Shown: positions 12,709 through 25,933, counted from the whole stretch's first letter. The stretch: DNA of 63,722 nucleotides, filler included, from Collodictyon triciliatum (GCA_043381765.1; 40 parts of 40 records of this genome joined end to end with filler, not necessarily neighbours in it), one strand, 5' to 3'. Numbers and translations are program-made. Notes: generated from the letters alone by a model not told the origin.

Positions 12709-12949
12709 NNNNNNNNNNNNNNNNNNNNNNNNNNNNNNNNNNNNNNNNNNNNTTAATTAATTAANNNNNNNNNNNNNNNNNNNNNNNNNNNNNNNNNNNN
12801 NNNNNNNNAAAAAAGAAAAAAAGAAAAAAAGAAAAAAAGAAAAAAAGAAAAAAGAAAAAAAGAAAAAAAGAAAAAAAGAAAAAAAGAAAAAAAGAAAAAA
12901 AGAAAAAGAAAGTGAACATAAGAGATGTATTTCCGGCTAATGTCACGTA

Positions 12950-14198
12950 CTTGAGAAGAGTCTGAATTTTTTGTTGAGATTGATTCAATCTCTTGGCGCA
13001 ATGATTCATTTTCAGTAAGTAACTGTGCTGCTTCCTCTTTTCGCTTCAAGTCAAGTTGTTGGATTCTTGCTTCCCACTTTTCGAAAAGTCCCCGGCGTTC
13101 GGATTCCATCGTTCGAATATGTGACTCGTATTGTTCGCACTGTGAAAATTACAGAGTTTATATATAAAGGAATCTAAGCGCATCCAACCCAGAAACAAAA
13201 TATCTTTCATTGGGTCTTCGGTCACGCACCAAAATTTGAAATAAATACGCTGTTTAAAATTAGTGAATAGATTGAACCCGTAAAATTTCATACAATCAGA
13301 AAGTAAATCAAATGAAATCAAATAGCGTGAGTTGGTGAAATAATAATTCAAAAATTACTCTATCAAATTGAACCAACCCTCTTTTGAGCATTAACACACT
13401 CAGCCGTTCGTTTCTTTGTTTTTTCTCGAAGGACAAAACATTCCTCAGAAAAGGCCTTGTTTTCAGAGACCAGAATTTCATACTGTTGATAGAGCTCCTA
13501 TTTTTCAATTGACAGATCAGATAAAATATTATACTTTCATTCACAAGCAATTGTAAAGGACAATTAGGTCATGTTGTAAGTTACAAATGCGCGAATAAAA
13601 ATAGAGAAAATGCAGTCATAAAGAGATAAAAGAAATAGAGTTAAATTTTATTGAAAATGATATGTAATGGACAAACATCATATCGCTCGTGAAAAACTGT
13701 GAATTCATCCTGTACTTTTCTGAGGGTATCTTCAGCTTCAGCCCTCCCAGCGATCGCATCTGTAATCTAGTATTGAGAATTATAACCATTCAATTATATA
13801 TTAGAGGCGAAGGTGGTTTCCTCAGCTTTGTTTTCTTTCAATAAATAGTTGAAATGAATCCAAAAAACCATTCAATTGTATATATCACTGAGTTAACTTA
13901 GTAATCCTCTAAAAAATTTTCTTCAGTTTTATGTAAAGCTACCCAAAAGCACATATTTGATAACAAGTAGTATTGCAAAAAACAAACAAATGATAAGAAA
14001 TAACTTTCTTCTAATTTCCTAGTTATTTAGTACAAACATGTCGACCAATCAAATTACATAATGTCATATTGGTGAGATACCTCAGATTCTAATTCTCCGG
14101 CACGATTTAGCAAGAGTTCAGTCTCTGAATTTTGCTGAGACATAATGCCCTCCAGACGTTTACAAGTAGCTTTAAGCTCTTCATTATCATCATTTGCA
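12950..14198 (-). CDS. Long coiled-coil protein, four internal exons
   Basis: Phase-0 GT-AG exons: DANDDNEELKATCKRLEG..|ITDAIAGRAEAEDTLRK|ELYQQYEILVSENK..|CEQYESHIRTMESERRGLFEKWEARIQQL.. Confidence 0.65.
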
Positions 14199-14753
14199 TC
14201 CTACAAGTTACACTCCCTTCTTAGTTTTCCCTGAAACGATGAGAAGATTACCAAACACGCATAGCATATAGCTACAAAAACAAAAAAAAAAAAAAAAAAA
14301 AAAAAAAANNNNNNNNNNNNNNNNNNNNNNNNNNNNNNNNNNNNNNNNNNNNTTAATTAATTAANNNNNNNNNNNNNNNNNNNNNNNNNNNNNNNNNNNN
14401 NNNNNNNNTATTATTTTATTATTATTATTTTATTATTATTATTTTATTATTATTATTTTATTATTATTATTTTATTATTATTATTTTATTATTATTATTT
14501 TATTATTATTATTTTATTATTATTATTTTATTATTATTATTTTATTATTATTATTTTATTATTATTATTTTATTATTATTTAAAAAGCAATTATATCATA
14601 CCGTGGAGGAAAATAAGTTGACCATAATTAATTGATAATGACTAAAACGATTCGCTTTCAACTCCAATTTTATTATTTTCGGGCTCTCCAGCTGCAAAGC
14701 GACGGAAGTCACAAGATACTCTGATTCCTCCCTCAGGTGCATCACACTCGATA

Positions 14754-15383
14754 GTGACTTACGTCCAACGCGAAATTGCTGCTTTGAAGAAGCTGCATAA
14801 AGTCATTCTGGAAGAAGTACGGATGACCACCTACCAACACATGATGGTGTCTGAACGAATTCTGAGGGGAATGCATGACCCGAAGTTCTATGCCGAAGTA
14901 GTACATCCATCTCAAATCGACCCAAGCATCCCAGAAGTTGCCCCGCCATCTACAAAACTTGCCTCCGGCACTGAACCTCAAGGATGCGATCAATCTCGAA
15001 AAGACCGAGACGCCACAAAGGATGGTGCTGCAGATGCATCATTTGAGCAAAGACGCAAAGCTTTTCACTTCTACCAGGATGATACTGTACCTGACGATCT
15101 TATACAGCGCGAACTAAGCAAACTTTGTGACTTGTATCAAAGCCAGACAAAAGTGCTCGCAGGCACTGAATACGAAGCAACCGACCTTCTTCTCGGCATT
15201 ATTGATGGCGATCGTCTGGAAAACAGAAAGCGTTCACGCGCTCGGAGCGCAGGTATATTTTATCACGCTTCACGGAACTCATCCCCTTGGCGGGAACAAT
15301 CTCCAGACAATGAATGCGATGATGGAGAGCACGACGGCAGTCAAATTATTCAACTGTGTGATGATGAGCCCAGAAATGATTAA
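14754..15383 (+). CDS. Intronless ORF of unknown function
   Basis: 209-codon open frame with natural-looking composition; no recognisable domain. Confidence 0.4.
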   Translation: MTYVQREIAALKKLHKVILEEVRMTTYQHMMVSERILRGMHDPKFYAEVVHPSQIDPSIPEVAPPSTKLASGTEPQGCDQSRKDRDATKDGAADASFEQRRKAFHFYQDDTVPDDLIQRELSKLCDLYQSQTKVLAGTEYEATDLLLGIIDGDRLENRKRSRARSAGIFYHASRNSSPWREQSPDNECDDGEHDGSQIIQLCDDEPRND

Positions 15384-15839
15384 GGATTTCACTTGGGGTG
15401 GGGCGTCGGGTAATCTAGAGTGGATGAACGCATCACCACCAGAAGAGGAGGACACTCTCAAACAATGGGCTTCGAATACATATTTTATTTTTCTGTAAGA
15501 TTTCTAGGATAGAGCATGACGGCTCTCGCAGCCCTCTTCTTGCATCCCTTTTTGAAACTCGAATAGTGGGCCTTGTGCTCCCCAGGCGCGACACGGTGAG
15601 TAAGGTGACTATGGCCGACGAACCACCTCGCACCCATACACTCACGCTCTCTGCCCATATGCTAACCGAAAAGCCATGCTTCCATCCATACCCAAACCCG
15701 AAGCAAACTTTTGTCGCCACAAAGGCCTCCCGCTACTCTGTTGGAATGTTATAATAAAAATATATAAATGAATAAAAAACCCCCCTCATCTAAATGAAAC
15801 CATTGAATCCTCTCTTTCGTGCCAAAATCTTTTTTGTGG

Positions 15840-15885
<46 letters not shown>

Positions 15886-16009
15886 TTGTTTATTGTTTTT
15901 CTTTTTTTTNNNNNNNNNNNNNNNNNNNNNNNNNNNNNNNNNNNNNNNNNNNNTTAATTAATTAANNNNNNNNNNNNNNNNNNNNNNNNNNNNNNNNNNN
16001 NNNNNNNNN

Positions 16010-17409
16010 GGGCTCGATGTCATTCCTGTGTCGAAGCTTGACGATGTTGGAATCAGACAAGCAGCCACCTCGTTCTTCAAGCGCTACAACAAGACCTTGA
16101 ACGAGAAACAGATGGAGATGATACTCAGTAGACGTAACGATAATGGTGAGTGCAACTAATCAATATTTAAATCAAATTGTTTATTTATGAAAAACATTTT
16201 AATTATGATTACTATAACAGGTCATCCACTCTACCTGCGCATTGTGCTGGATGAGCTTCGTGTGTTTGGAGTGTATGAAAGAGTAGACATCGAGCTTCAT
16301 GAGATGCTGGAGACAAAGGGAGTTGTCAATTTGTTCGACCTTGTGATGAGTCGCTGGGAAAAGAAATACGGTTTTGTGATACATCTGAAAGTGGTATTTT
16401 TAATATAATTTTATTGGTTCATATGTAATTTTAGGCAAAGATATTGTTCGTCTGTCCATCAGTGTTCTTTATGTGTCGCGCATCGGCCTTGATGAAAACG
16501 AGCTGGACAAATACATGAAACATCGACTTAATCCAATGCATATGCAAATCAACCATGCGACCTGGTATATCGATTCCTGACATATGATTTATACGTATCA
16601 CTTTTGATCAATCGTATTTTTTTATTTTAGGAAATCATTTCTCTTTGTCTTGCTGGATTCGCTCTTTGTGAGGAACGGGAGGTGATACGGTATTCGTATG
16701 TTTCTTAATATCGTAATTGCTAATCACAATATTTTATCTTAGATACGCATTCTCTCACCAGCTGCTGACACAATCCATCAAAGAGCGATACTTTGAGGAT
16801 GAAGCGTACACAAAAAGGGAAGCACGTGAATATGGATTGTGGCTGCTGGGTGAATACGGCTCTGACGCTGAAGACAAGAGTGTTGTTGCCGAAATATGTT
16901 ACAATCTGAGGATTTCGAGCGAATGTGATACACTAGTGGACTTTATGAAGAGTGAAAAAGTTGGTGGAATTTTTTTTTATTACTGTGGCATGTGTCGTAA
17001 TATGGTTTTTAGGTTATTGTGGGTATGCTGGATGGCAATTATCGCTTCGAGTTTTATGAATGCTGGAGAGCGCTGAATAAGAACGGATATGACCACAAAG
17101 CTGTCTATTGTGAGTTGGCCAAGGTGATATAAATCAATTGCATGTACCAATATTGAATTCATTTTAATGGATATGTACAACAGCAACTGAATCCTGCTGG
17201 CTCTGCGCTGGTTGATTACTTTCGACAAATTCAAGAGAATGCCTTTTTGATTCCGATTCTTGAGCACCGCATTTCTATTGAGACGGATGAAGGTTTGGTC
17301 AGTTGATTTGTATTTTAGTGAGTATGTTGCTAACTTTTGGTTTATCTTTATTAGGTTCGAATAGCAAAAATCAAAATTTCTTGGGGATTGTTTGCTTTAA
17401 ACTCGGAAA
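16010..17409 (+). CDS. NACHT/STAND NTPase post-P-loop region leading into TPR (NPHP3/TEP1-like), multi-exon fragment
   Basis: Spliced: RYNKTLNEKQM..GHPLYLRIVLDELRVFGVYE..LFDLVMSRWEKKYG..SRIGLDENEL..YAFSHQLLTQSIKERY..NFLGIVCFKLG; PLYL..L.EL, SR.GL.E.EL and F.H motifs. Confidence 0.75.
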
Positions 17410-17473
17410 GTATAATTTATTATTATTATCATTATTATTATTATCATTATTATTATTATCATTATTATTATTA

Positions 17474-17508
<35 letters not shown>

Positions 17509-17608
17509 NNNNNNNNNNNNNNNNNNNNNNNNNNNNNNNNNNNNNNNNNNNNTTAATTAATTAANNNNNNNNNNNNNNNNNNNNNNNNNNNNNNNNNNNN
17601 NNNNNNNN

Positions 17609-18881
17609 AGAACTTCACAACACTTTCTGTGGTTTAACAAAGGGATTGTATCAAATAATCAATTCATTTCCAATGAAATACGAAGTGGTATGACTTCATA
17701 ATTTAGTGGTATATCGTAAATTTATGGCAAAAAAAAAAAAAAAAAGACTCAGAATAGAAAAAATATCGGAACGTCAGCGAACCAGGAAATGATTTTTTAG
17801 GTTGATTTTGAAGATGCCGAAAGAACTCTCCTCCAGCACAGTATGAAATGACGAAAAACAGACGATCGGCACTCTGAAAGGCATGATATAAGGTCACAAG
17901 AAACGGATGATTCAGAGTCGCCAGGACCTGCCTTTCAGTGAGAATTCTTTGCACCTGATAAATAGACAGAGATATGCAAATTGAAAAAGAAAAGAAAGAG
18001 GGTATTTATAAGTCGAGCATTGAGTATGAGCAACTAAATCTCAAAGATGACAAGTGTAAACTCTTTTTTTTAAAAAAAAAAAAAACATGGCATCAAATGA
18101 TTCTCCGCCTTAATTCGTATGAGCTAATGGCGTTACTTTCTTCCTCTTTATCAACTCCTTCTTATCCAAAATCTTCATGGCATATATCGCCCCGCTGGAC
18201 TTCTCCTTGACCAGATAGACCTTTCCAACATCACCACGGCCCAGAACCTGAATCGGCTTGAAGTCACTTGGGCCGAGTGGGCGAGTAAGGCTGGGTTGGT
18301 CTCTCATTTCTGCAACATGGAAGGAACTCCGCCGCTTTAGCTGGACCGTCGGCTCGCGCATGGCTGGGCTCAAGGACTGCCCATCAGCCGATGGTGGGCT
18401 CAACGATGAGGATGTGTGGACTGAAACAGACAGGGACTGCCCCGGTCGATTCACGGGCAAAGCAGCTGAGGGAATTCCTGCGACGTGCTTTTCAGATACG
18501 GGCCGTTTGTATATCGGCATTGGCGAAGCAGAGCGCGAAGACGATTTCTTGTCGAGTGGGGGTGCGGGTTCGGACGTCCCGGGTTTGTCTTCTGGTGCGA
18601 TGGCGATTCGAGGCGGCTTTTGGCGTCCTTTACAAATTTTTTTTTTTTTTTTGGTGTGGTGTTTGTGAAGTGGGTTGAGCGATTCAATAGACAGAGTTCT
18701 GCAAGGATTCGAGTACGTAGGGAAAGAAAGAGGACACAAGAAATGGATGTGAGGGAGGAATCCTCGTTTCTTTTCGGCGTCATTTAGAGTAAAGTACATG
18801 GTAGAGTATGTCCTTTACTATTTGAGTTGTTTTGTTTCTTTCTCCTTACTAACCTGAAGGAAGACCACTGACATGAGCCAT
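17609..18881 (-). CDS. AGC Ser/Thr kinase, Fpk1/Kin82/Nrc-2 (phototropin-kinase-related) type, 5' part
   Basis: DFKPIQVLGRGDVGKVYLV..YAMKILDKKELIKRKK|VQRILTERQVLATLNHPFLVTLYHAFQS..YCAGGEFF; LGxGDVG is characteristic; putative first exon MAHVSGLPS at 18854-18881. Confidence 0.9.
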
Positions 18882-19286
18882 CTTTTGGTATCCTAATATA
18901 TACGTGAGTGTGTTTGTAATTTGATTATTTCTTTCAATATTTTCATTAAAAAAATAGTTGTTTTTATTAATTGTTTTGTTTGTTATCATTTTTATCTCAA
19001 TCCCTTTATGGTTTTTTATTGGTTTTTTATTGGTTTTTTATTGGTTTTTTATTGGTTTTTTATTGGTTTTTTATTGGTTTTTTATTGGTTTTTTATTGGT
19101 TTTTTATNNNNNNNNNNNNNNNNNNNNNNNNNNNNNNNNNNNNNNNNNNNNTTAATTAATTAANNNNNNNNNNNNNNNNNNNNNNNNNNNNNNNNNNNNN
19201 NNNNNNNTTTTTGTTTTTTTGTTTTTTTGTTTTTTGTTTTTTGTTTTTTACTCATTTCAACACGAAACTCGCATATACATCATTAG

Positions 19287-19932
19287 TTTGTTGAATTTGG
19301 AGCTGCTGAATAAATACAGTGCGAACTCATGGAGAGCTCATATAAGCTTCCTGGAAAATTGTCATAAAAGGTGCCTGCATAATTTTTAGATAATTTCTCC
19401 TTATCTTTTCTTTTCTTTTTATTCTTCTCTGCGATTCAAGAAACTTCCAAATTGTCTCGTGCTTTCACAGAAGCATTTGATTGATGGTTATTTTTTTTCT
19501 TTTCTTTTTTTATTTGAACCAGTGAATTAGGCCAAATCGAAAAGATTCGAAAGCAAACAGATGACCTCCATCGTAAACGTAAGGCCGACCAACTCACAAC
19601 TGGTGAGAAGATTCAACGATTGGAGGTTGAGTACAACGAGCTTGTTTCAAAGAATATTCAACTGAGGTGCATCACCGATTTATTGGAGGAAGAAGTAGCC
19701 AGGATGAAGTAAAATTCATGATTTTTCAATTTGGTTTTTTGTTTTTGTTTTGTTTTTATTTTTTCGTTCCTGTTTCTGTTTCTGTTTCTGTTTCTGTTTC
19801 TATCGGTACGTAATTTCACATTCTGAACAATTTCCACGCATTTCAAAATACTTATGGATGTTTGATATACATTCATATCATTACAGGTCAAAAGACACTG
19901 CTGGTGACAAGAGCGAGGAAATGACTGCGTGA
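19287..19932 (+). CDS. BCAS2: Pre-mRNA splicing factor SPF27/BCAS2, 3' exons
   Basis: LLNLELLNKYSANSW..RKRKADQLTTGEKIQRLEVEYNELVSKNIQL.. matches BCAS2 motifs NLEL..YG..W, RK..Q...G.KL and LVSKN. Confidence 0.85.
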
Positions 19933-20289
19933 TTTGTTTTGCCTGTGTTCGCCCAGCAGCACAAACTAGGAATAAAACACATTACCCCGAAAAGAAATCC
20001 TTGCAACAAAAAAAACCGATACTTATCTTCGGTAATGACAGACTTGCGAGAAAGATTCATCATTTTTGTAGTGTACCATCTTACGATGAAATGTACTGGA
20101 ACATCGAGGCATTCAAAATAATACTAGATGAATAAAAGACTTTAGGCATTTATAGTTTTTTCTGACAGCCCATAATAAAAATCGTCATCCCCTCTTCTTT
20201 TTTTTTTTTATACCTTATACATGCCTAGAACAATAGCCATTAAAAATCATGGGTGTAAACTATTGAAGAATATAAGAGGTAATAACTAA

Positions 20290-20705
20290 CCATCATTTTC
20301 ATATTTACCTCGCGAAATAACAACAACCATAGCCACAGAAACACTCACAACTACCACGACCGAGTCAACACAGATACCCTCAAACACAACTGAACACAAC
20401 GAGAGCAATGCTGCTCTCACGGAGGGTTCTCCCTCCACCCGTTGATAACAGACCATGCGTTTCGGCGTTCTGTCATGGAACGCTTGGGGGATTAACGACC
20501 CCCACAGGCGGAAAGAGGTTTACAAGGCAGCTCTTTTCACCCACGCGGATATCATCTGTCTTCAAGAGACGTGACAGAGCCCTGAGACCCAATCTGCTGA
20601 CTTCGGGTGGAAGGGCCCTCAGCTATGGCCACCATCATTATCACCATCACAACACAAACATGCCGGCGTAGCAATCCTGTGTAAAAGGTGGATTGCTAAG
20701 CTAAA
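20290..20705 (+). mobile_element. Degenerate L1/Tx1-like LINE fragment: ORF1 tail plus start of ORF2 APE endonuclease
   Basis: ATG at 20455: MRFGVLSWN..GINDPHRRKEV..HADIICLQET*..WKGP..HAGVAILCKRW, with one frameshift and one stop. Confidence 0.88.
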
Positions 20706-20805
20706 NNNNNNNNNNNNNNNNNNNNNNNNNNNNNNNNNNNNNNNNNNNNTTAATTAATTAANNNNNNNNNNNNNNNNNNNNNNNNNNNNNNNNNNNNNNN
20801 NNNNN

Positions 20806-20881
<76 letters not shown>

Positions 20882-21576
20882 TGAGTTTTCCTCCCCTGTC
20901 TTTAATTGGATTATTGTTGTAACATCCTACGGTGAATAAACTCGAACCAAAAACCAAAAATAAAAATAACGGTATATGATGTACCGAAGAAAACCGATAA
21001 ATTAAACATTAAAGACTGTGTCTTCTAGGATTACGAAGGGTTTCTGTTTCTCTGTTGCTTGTTTTCAGTTACTATACTTCATCGAAATATGCACAGCACC
21101 GATACTTTGTGTTGCACGCTAGATTGTCTTATGTTATTTTAAGAATCCGAATAGAAGCCTGCCGCGCGTGGGGAGTGAGTTGCACCCCGAACAGAATCAT
21201 ATACTCGACATTTTTATTTATCAATTTATTTGATTTTAACTCTAGTCAGCACAATTTTGAGAATTGAGTGTAACAGATGTGGTTCGTTGTGGCAGCCATT
21301 AAGAAAATCACATAAAACATTATAAGATGAGGGATGGCTTTTTGTTTGTTTTTCATAGTAGCCTCGAGTTTTTTCTTTCTTTCTTTTTCTGTTTCCTTCG
21401 CCAGATACAAGTCTGATGTAGTGGGCATACCAGCGCCAGAGTTCCTTTTTCTTTGTTTCCTTCTTTTTTTTTTCTTTGAATATGAAAGGATTATTTCCAC
21501 AACAACTACCTGCGGCCATTTTTAAGATTGCCCGAGACGACTATCAACAGGAGTGATTTTCTATACACGCTGCCTA

Positions 21577-22303
21577 TCAATTCATCTTCTTGCCAACAAC
21601 TGAGACGGGCAAAACTGGACTAGAATTGCGTTGCCTCTTGCGTAGAAAGAGTCCCACCAGAATAAGAACAACACCCCAGCCCAAGAGTTTAAATGACCAG
21701 GAGATAAATGACGCAGACTCGATCTCAGTATTTAAAGACCCTGACGCATGGGCAGGCAGTGTGGTGTACTCCCATGACTTGTAATTCTCTAAACATCGAT
21801 CTCCTTTGTCTATGCACAAGCGAAGAGATACAGTGTTGGTCGCTCCTTCATCTTTGGGCGGTGAGGTGCATCTGGCCTTCTTATCACTTGTGATTACTAC
21901 ATCCGCACAGTTCTTTCCAAAGCAACAAAACAAGCCTTTCTGGCTGGAAAACCCTGAGCCACTTACCCAAACGTATGTCCCGCCGTTTTCTGGTCCGCTT
22001 TCTGGGGAAATACTGGTGAATTTTAGCTTCTGTAAGGAGTTGGCTTTTTCCATCATGATAGGCGTCTCGTATTTACCTACGGCAGGCCCTTTCTGGTCTC
22101 CTTTCTGATTTTCAGCTTTCTGCTTAACGTTGCCGTTATTCTCATCATCATCATTTTGGTTAACAACCATATCCACAAAGTCATCACCTTCACCAACATC
22201 CTGATCATCATGTTGATTCTGATGCAGCTCATTTTTTTCTAGCTCAACATACTCGTTTTCATTATCAGCAAAATCGCCGTCGTTCGGTTGTGCGTCGTCA
22301 TTT
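21577..22303 (-). CDS. IPT/TIG-domain single-pass membrane protein, C-terminal part
   Basis: FTSISPESGPENGGTYVWVSGSGF..CCFG..ARCTSPP is an IPT/TIG signature; hydrophobic helix LLGWGVVLILVGLFL followed by RKRQR. Confidence 0.88.
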
Positions 22304-22870
22304 NNNNNNNNNNNNNNNNNNNNNNNNNNNNNNNNNNNNNNNNNNNNTTAATTAATTAANNNNNNNNNNNNNNNNNNNNNNNNNNNNNNNNNNNNNNNNN
22401 NNNATATTATTTTCTTAAAATAAAAATAAGGAAAGACATGAAAGCCATAGTAAATGAAAGAACTCCGATATAACATTACATACCATAACAGAATGTAACA
22501 AAGTACACGCTGGCACTTCCCACTTTCACTACCAAACCAAACAAAACAAAACCAAACAAAACAAAACCAAACAAAACAAAACCAAACAAAACAAAACAAA
22601 AAGACAAACAAAAACAAACAAAGAAAGAAACAAAAACAAACAAAAACAAACAAAAACAAACAAAAACAAACAAAAACAAACAAAAACAAACAAAAACAAA
22701 ACAAAACAAATAAAACAAAACAAATAAAACAAAACAAATAAAACAAAACAAATAAAACAAAACAAATAAAACAAAACAAATAAAACAAACAGAATAAAGA
22801 AAATAAACAATCAGAAAAAAAACCTCCAAGACTCTCTTGTACTGAATTAAATACCACTATGTTTGACAAA

Positions 22871-23022
22871 GACTCGATTCCCTCACAGAAAGAGTAGAGA
22901 AGGCACCAACAGTCCGCGAAGGAAGAGGGAGCAGCAGCAGCAGCAACAACAACAACAACAACAATAATAACAACAACAACAATAATAACCGCAACAACGC
23001 ATGCAGCTCTATCGCCCAATAA
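22871..23022 (+). CDS. Putative terminal exon with poly-Ser/poly-Asn tract
   Basis: RLDSLTERVEKAPTVREGRGSSSSS(N)15RNNACSSIAQ*; mixed AAC/AAT codons. Confidence 0.35.
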
Positions 23023-23395
23023 ACAACACCTTCAACTCGACTCCCACACCGCTGAAAACGCTTGAATGACAGCCACACGGCTCAGTTTCTCCACAAAAGC
23101 AAAACAATGATGAAACGAAACGAACGAAATTGAAGAATACCACAAAATCCACACAATATAAAATACAACCAAAAAGCAGAACAAAACAATTCAAAGAGAG
23201 AAAAAAGAGAAAAGAAAAGACTGCAACCTGCAGCCCTGGACTATTTTTTTTTTTTTAATGTATGTTTTATTTGTGCGCTTGGTGCAGCGCAGTCCAACGC
23301 GGGAGACAGACACACGTTCTTCTCCGACGCACAGAGCCCTGCCTCATCAGCCGCCTGCAAGCAAACAGACGCGAGAAGCGCCGCAGATGCATGAC

Positions 23396-23551
23396 TTACA
23401 TCACAGAGCACTTTGGACGGCCCTGCAGGTCGGTGATGCGTTCCTCCAGTTGGGCCTTCTCCTCCTCCGTCTTCTGCGCCGAGCGGTTCAGCTCGCCCAT
23501 CGCCTCCTGGGATTCCTTCAGCTGGCGCTTCAGCCTCTCCAGATTGGCGTT
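23396..23551 (-). CDS. Terminal exon of a coiled-coil protein ending in a CaaX motif (CSVM)
   Basis: cag|NANLERLKRQLKESQEAMGELNRSAQKTEEEKAQLEERITDLQGRPKCSVM*; strong GC3 bias. Confidence 0.75.
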   Translation of the reverse strand, partial: NANLERLKRQLKESQEAMGELNRSAQKTEEEKAQLEERITDLQGRPKCSVM

Positions 23552-23804
23552 CTGCAATGAGGAAAGAGCATCCGTGAGAAAAGAAGCTTCAACTTAATTA
23601 CTGGAGCACACTTCTAATAAGAGAGAGATGGAAAATAAAAAGAGCATCGCAGCAAAATATGGTTTTTGGTTTTTGGTTTTGTCTGATTTCAAGCAGGGAA
23701 ATGATAAGAAGTTGTGTGTGCATAGCCTCTGGAAAATATACAATACTTTGTCATATTGTATTATCGCAACATCATTATTTAAATATGGTATATAGAACAT
23801 GAGC

Positions 23805-23901
<97 letters not shown>

Positions 23902-24235
23902 NNNNNNNNNNNNNNNNNNNNNNNNNNNNNNNNNNNNNNNNNNNNTTAATTAATTAANNNNNNNNNNNNNNNNNNNNNNNNNNNNNNNNNNNNNNNNNNN
24001 NAAAGAAAAAAGAAGAAAGAAAAAAGAAGAAAGAAAAAAGAAGAAAGAAAAAAGAAGAAAGAAAAAAGAAGAAAGAAAAAAGAAGAAAGAAAAAAGAAGA
24101 AAGAAAAAAGAGCCATCGACAGAATGAACGATGAGTTAGAAAATCATTCACAAAAGAATAATCAGAATAAATCAGTGAAGGAGTAAAAAATGACATTTTA
24201 ATAAACGTTGATTCGAAACGTACGAGATGAACACT

Positions 24236-25144
24236 ACCGCTTCCTGCAAAATCAATTATTCCATTCCCCCCGAAAGGATTACTATTTTTCGGACTTAGCC
24301 AGCCAAAAGGAGATTTCAACCCTGCCGTTACATGAACAAAATTACAACTTTTTCTTTCAAGTGTGAGATTTATATTTATGCAATAAATCCACATAGTTTT
24401 TTTTTTTCAAGAGAAGATTAGCTTACAATGCGCAACAACTGGGTAAATGAAACCGGATAGCATTGCAGTAGTGGCCATATATACTTCAAAACGAGTCCGT
24501 TCAGCCAATGAACCGCTGCAAAGAAAAAAAGAAGCAATAATCAAATAGAATGCAATCATCGTAGGTTCTTTTAAGCGATGGTTTACTGTATACGATCACT
24601 TGGATAAATGTAGAGGGTTATGTAATCTTCGAATGAAAACCTCATTATCGTCACTGATATCGCTGACAACGCCCACTGAAACGCAGTTCATATAAATAAT
24701 TCCATGTTAAAATCTTGTTCAGATATTTTTGATTTTCCCAAAAGACCAGGTCCCACGTTTAGATATTAACATATAAAATTACTTCAACGTGTTCTGTGTG
24801 AAGCAGAGTTTTTTTTCCCTATCTTTTTATCACAACAAAGAGAAAATCTTGAAACCTGATTAAAGAAATCGACATAGTCTTCAAAATCTGTCAGAAAGAA
24901 ATTCCAGTTTCCGATGAATCCATTCGTCTGACCATGTTTTGCTGAGCCATCTGAATCTCTTAGAAATAAATATATGAAGAGTTAATTCGTAAAAGGTTCC
25001 ATGCTACTTGAATGAATATCTTACTAAGGATAGAGAACCAATACTTCAAGACGGTTAGTTATAAGATTATCATTAAAAATCAAAACATATATTCCGCTTA
25101 AGATGACGAATATCTCTATGCATGGGTACTATATGGCTGGAACT

Positions 25145-25222
<78 letters not shown>

Positions 25223-25382
25223 ATGTTGATATACCTTTGGTACCCAAAAGCAAATGCATAACCGAAGGCCCAAAAGGTCAAAGTGCAAACAGATATGTTG
25301 ATGATGTTCTGTTTCATTCATTTTTTTTCAATACTTAATTCGCGACATGATACCAAAAATTAAAGAGTCCTGGCAAGATTTC
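24236..25382 (-). CDS. Ammonium transporter (Amt family), multi-exon fragment
   Basis: FWAFGYAFAFG..NGFIGNWNFFL..FFNQWA..SGSLAERTRF..SGFIYPVVAHW..GWL..GIIDFAGSG are Amt signatures. Confidence 0.93.
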
Positions 25383-25597
25383 TGGAAGGAAAAAGAAAGA
25401 ATAGAAAAGAATAGAAAAGAATAGAAAAGAATAGAAAAGAATAGAAAAGAATAGAAAAGAATAGAAAAGAATAGAAAAGAATAGAAAAGAATAGAAANNN
25501 NNNNNNNNNNNNNNNNNNNNNNNNNNNNNNNNNNNNNNNNNTTAATTAATTAANNNNNNNNNNNNNNNNNNNNNNNNNNNNNNNNNNNNNNNNNNNN

Positions 25598-25933
25598 CAA
25601 TCCCAATCCCAATCCCAATCCCAATCCCAATCCCAATCCCAATCCCAATCCCAATCCCAATCCCAATCCCAATCCCAATCCCAATCCCAATCACAAAGCC
25701 CGATAGAAGTTGACCAGCTCGGCATAATCCCTTACATACTCCCCACCATGATGGCGATTGTCTCTTTGGTCGCTTGTTTTACCTGGCTCAGGAAGTATAT
25801 GTCTCATCCTCGGAAACGTCGAAATTTACGCGTTTCCTTCAATCATGAGGGCCAACAAAATATCTTAAATCGCTCCCAATATGAACTGCAACCACTCAAT
25901 CGATTCGAAGACGAGGAGGAGCTCCAACCTTAA
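25598..25933 (+). CDS. C-terminus of a single-pass membrane protein with a (QS)n stalk encoded by (CAATCC)n
   Basis: Repeat is in frame with QSQSPIEVDQLGIIPYILPTMMAIVSLVACFTWLRKY..EEELQP*. Confidence 0.6.
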   Translation, partial: QSQSQSQSQSQSQSQSQSQSQSQSQSQSQSQSQSPIEVDQLGIIPYILPTMMAIVSLVACFTWLRKYMSHPRKRRNLRVSFNHEGQQNILNRSQYELQPLNRFEDEEELQP

